Positions 63,482 to 64,000 of a DNA stretch of 64,000 nt are shown here, one piece after another. The stretch spans positions 2,005,759-2,069,758 of the forward strand of contig CP119315.1 of NCBI GenBank assembly GCA_029202845.1. Reading direction: 5' to 3'. The position numbers and the translations under genes are program-made. This stretch comes from Candidatus Sphingomonas colombiensis. GTDB lineage: Bacteria > Pseudomonadota > Alphaproteobacteria > Sphingomonadales > Sphingomonadaceae. Position 1 is the first letter of the stretch, and every line of letters starts with the position of its first letter. Below the pieces are notes generated by a model. The model was given only the letters and a program-made list of their open reading frames with translations, did not search any database and had not been told where the DNA came from.

Positions 63482-64000
63482 TCAGGAAGCGAGTCGTCGC
63501 TCGATCCTCTGCCAGATATTCAGAAAAGCGGCTGCTGCGGCCGAACGTGGCGCGGCGTCGCCCACCGCGCGGTGGGCGGCCGATGCGGTCTCCACCACGC
63601 TGGCCATTGGAATTATCGGCCAATCGGGCTGTGCGGCAACCGCATCGATATGCATCCGCCGTCGGCGATCGACCAGCGCATGCACCGGCAGCGTTGGCGT
63701 GCGGCCGCCGAGATGGCGCTCGATTTCCTCATAGGCGCGCTGCGCGAGCGGGGAGGGGACGACTGGTATCACGATCAGATCGGCCGCGCGGGCGACTTGC
63801 TCTGCGGTCTCGGTCAGCCCCGGCGGGCAATCGAGGATCACGCGGTCATAGTCGCCAAGCCCGGCGATCAGCTTGCTCAGCCGCTTCTTCTTATCCATCT
63901 CACGCAGCAGGTGATCGAGATCGCGCAGCGACGCATCGGCGGGCAGGAGATCGAGTCGCTCGGTATCGGTCGTGCGGATCAGCCGATGGGCATCGACTTC
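63482..64000 (-). CDS. ParA-family ATPase (5' part outside the window)
   Basis: Frame open to the window end: LDLLPAD...YDRVILDCPPG...ADLIVIPVVPS. Confidence 0.85.
   Translation of the reverse strand, partial: EVDAHRLIRTTDTERLDLLPADASLRDLDHLLREMDKKKRLSKLIAGLGDYDRVILDCPPGLTETAEQVARAADLIVIPVVPSPLAQRAYEEIERHLGGRTPTLPVHALVDRRRRMHIDAVAAQPDWPIIPMASVVETASAAHRAVGDAAPRSAAAAAFLNIWQRIERRLAS

Overview
GC-rich alphaproteobacterial chromosome segment, most likely Sphingomonas/Sphingomonadaceae (inferred from gene content and PEPxxWA-CTERM proteins). In order it contains: (1) a Ser/Thr/Gly-repeat PEP-CTERM-like surface protein, dksA, a PilZ gene and cspA; (2) a protocatechuate 4,5-cleavage (lig) cluster, ligJABC / dual-HTH LysR / ligKUI, with two extra oxidoreductases; (3) core genes queA, coaD, ispA, xseB, clpA, pyrD, nusG-secE, recX and aat; (4) c-di-GMP enzymes; (5) phosphate-related modules (plcP-like plus GT4 with a candidate Pho box; NUDIX-DUF47 fusion plus Pit); (6) two TonB-dependent receptors. 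Six otherwise normal genes between about 1.8 and 5.8 kb carry many single-base indels, probably consensus errors. The most unusual feature is a ~6.0-kb element integrated at the 3' end of tRNA-Trp (49680-55706), with att duplication and arm-type repeats. It encodes a tyrosine integrase and a ~520-aa compact polymerase, split by two frameshifts, that carries DxxGR / motif A / RSVTK / IHDSF signatures of the PolA-T7 RNAP superfamily. It also encodes an HNH nuclease, an AntA-type antirepressor, a small Cys-rich protein and a serine resolvase with a res-like site, suggesting a minimal self-replicating integrative element or phage satellite. All calls come from reading the sequence by eye; no database searches were run.
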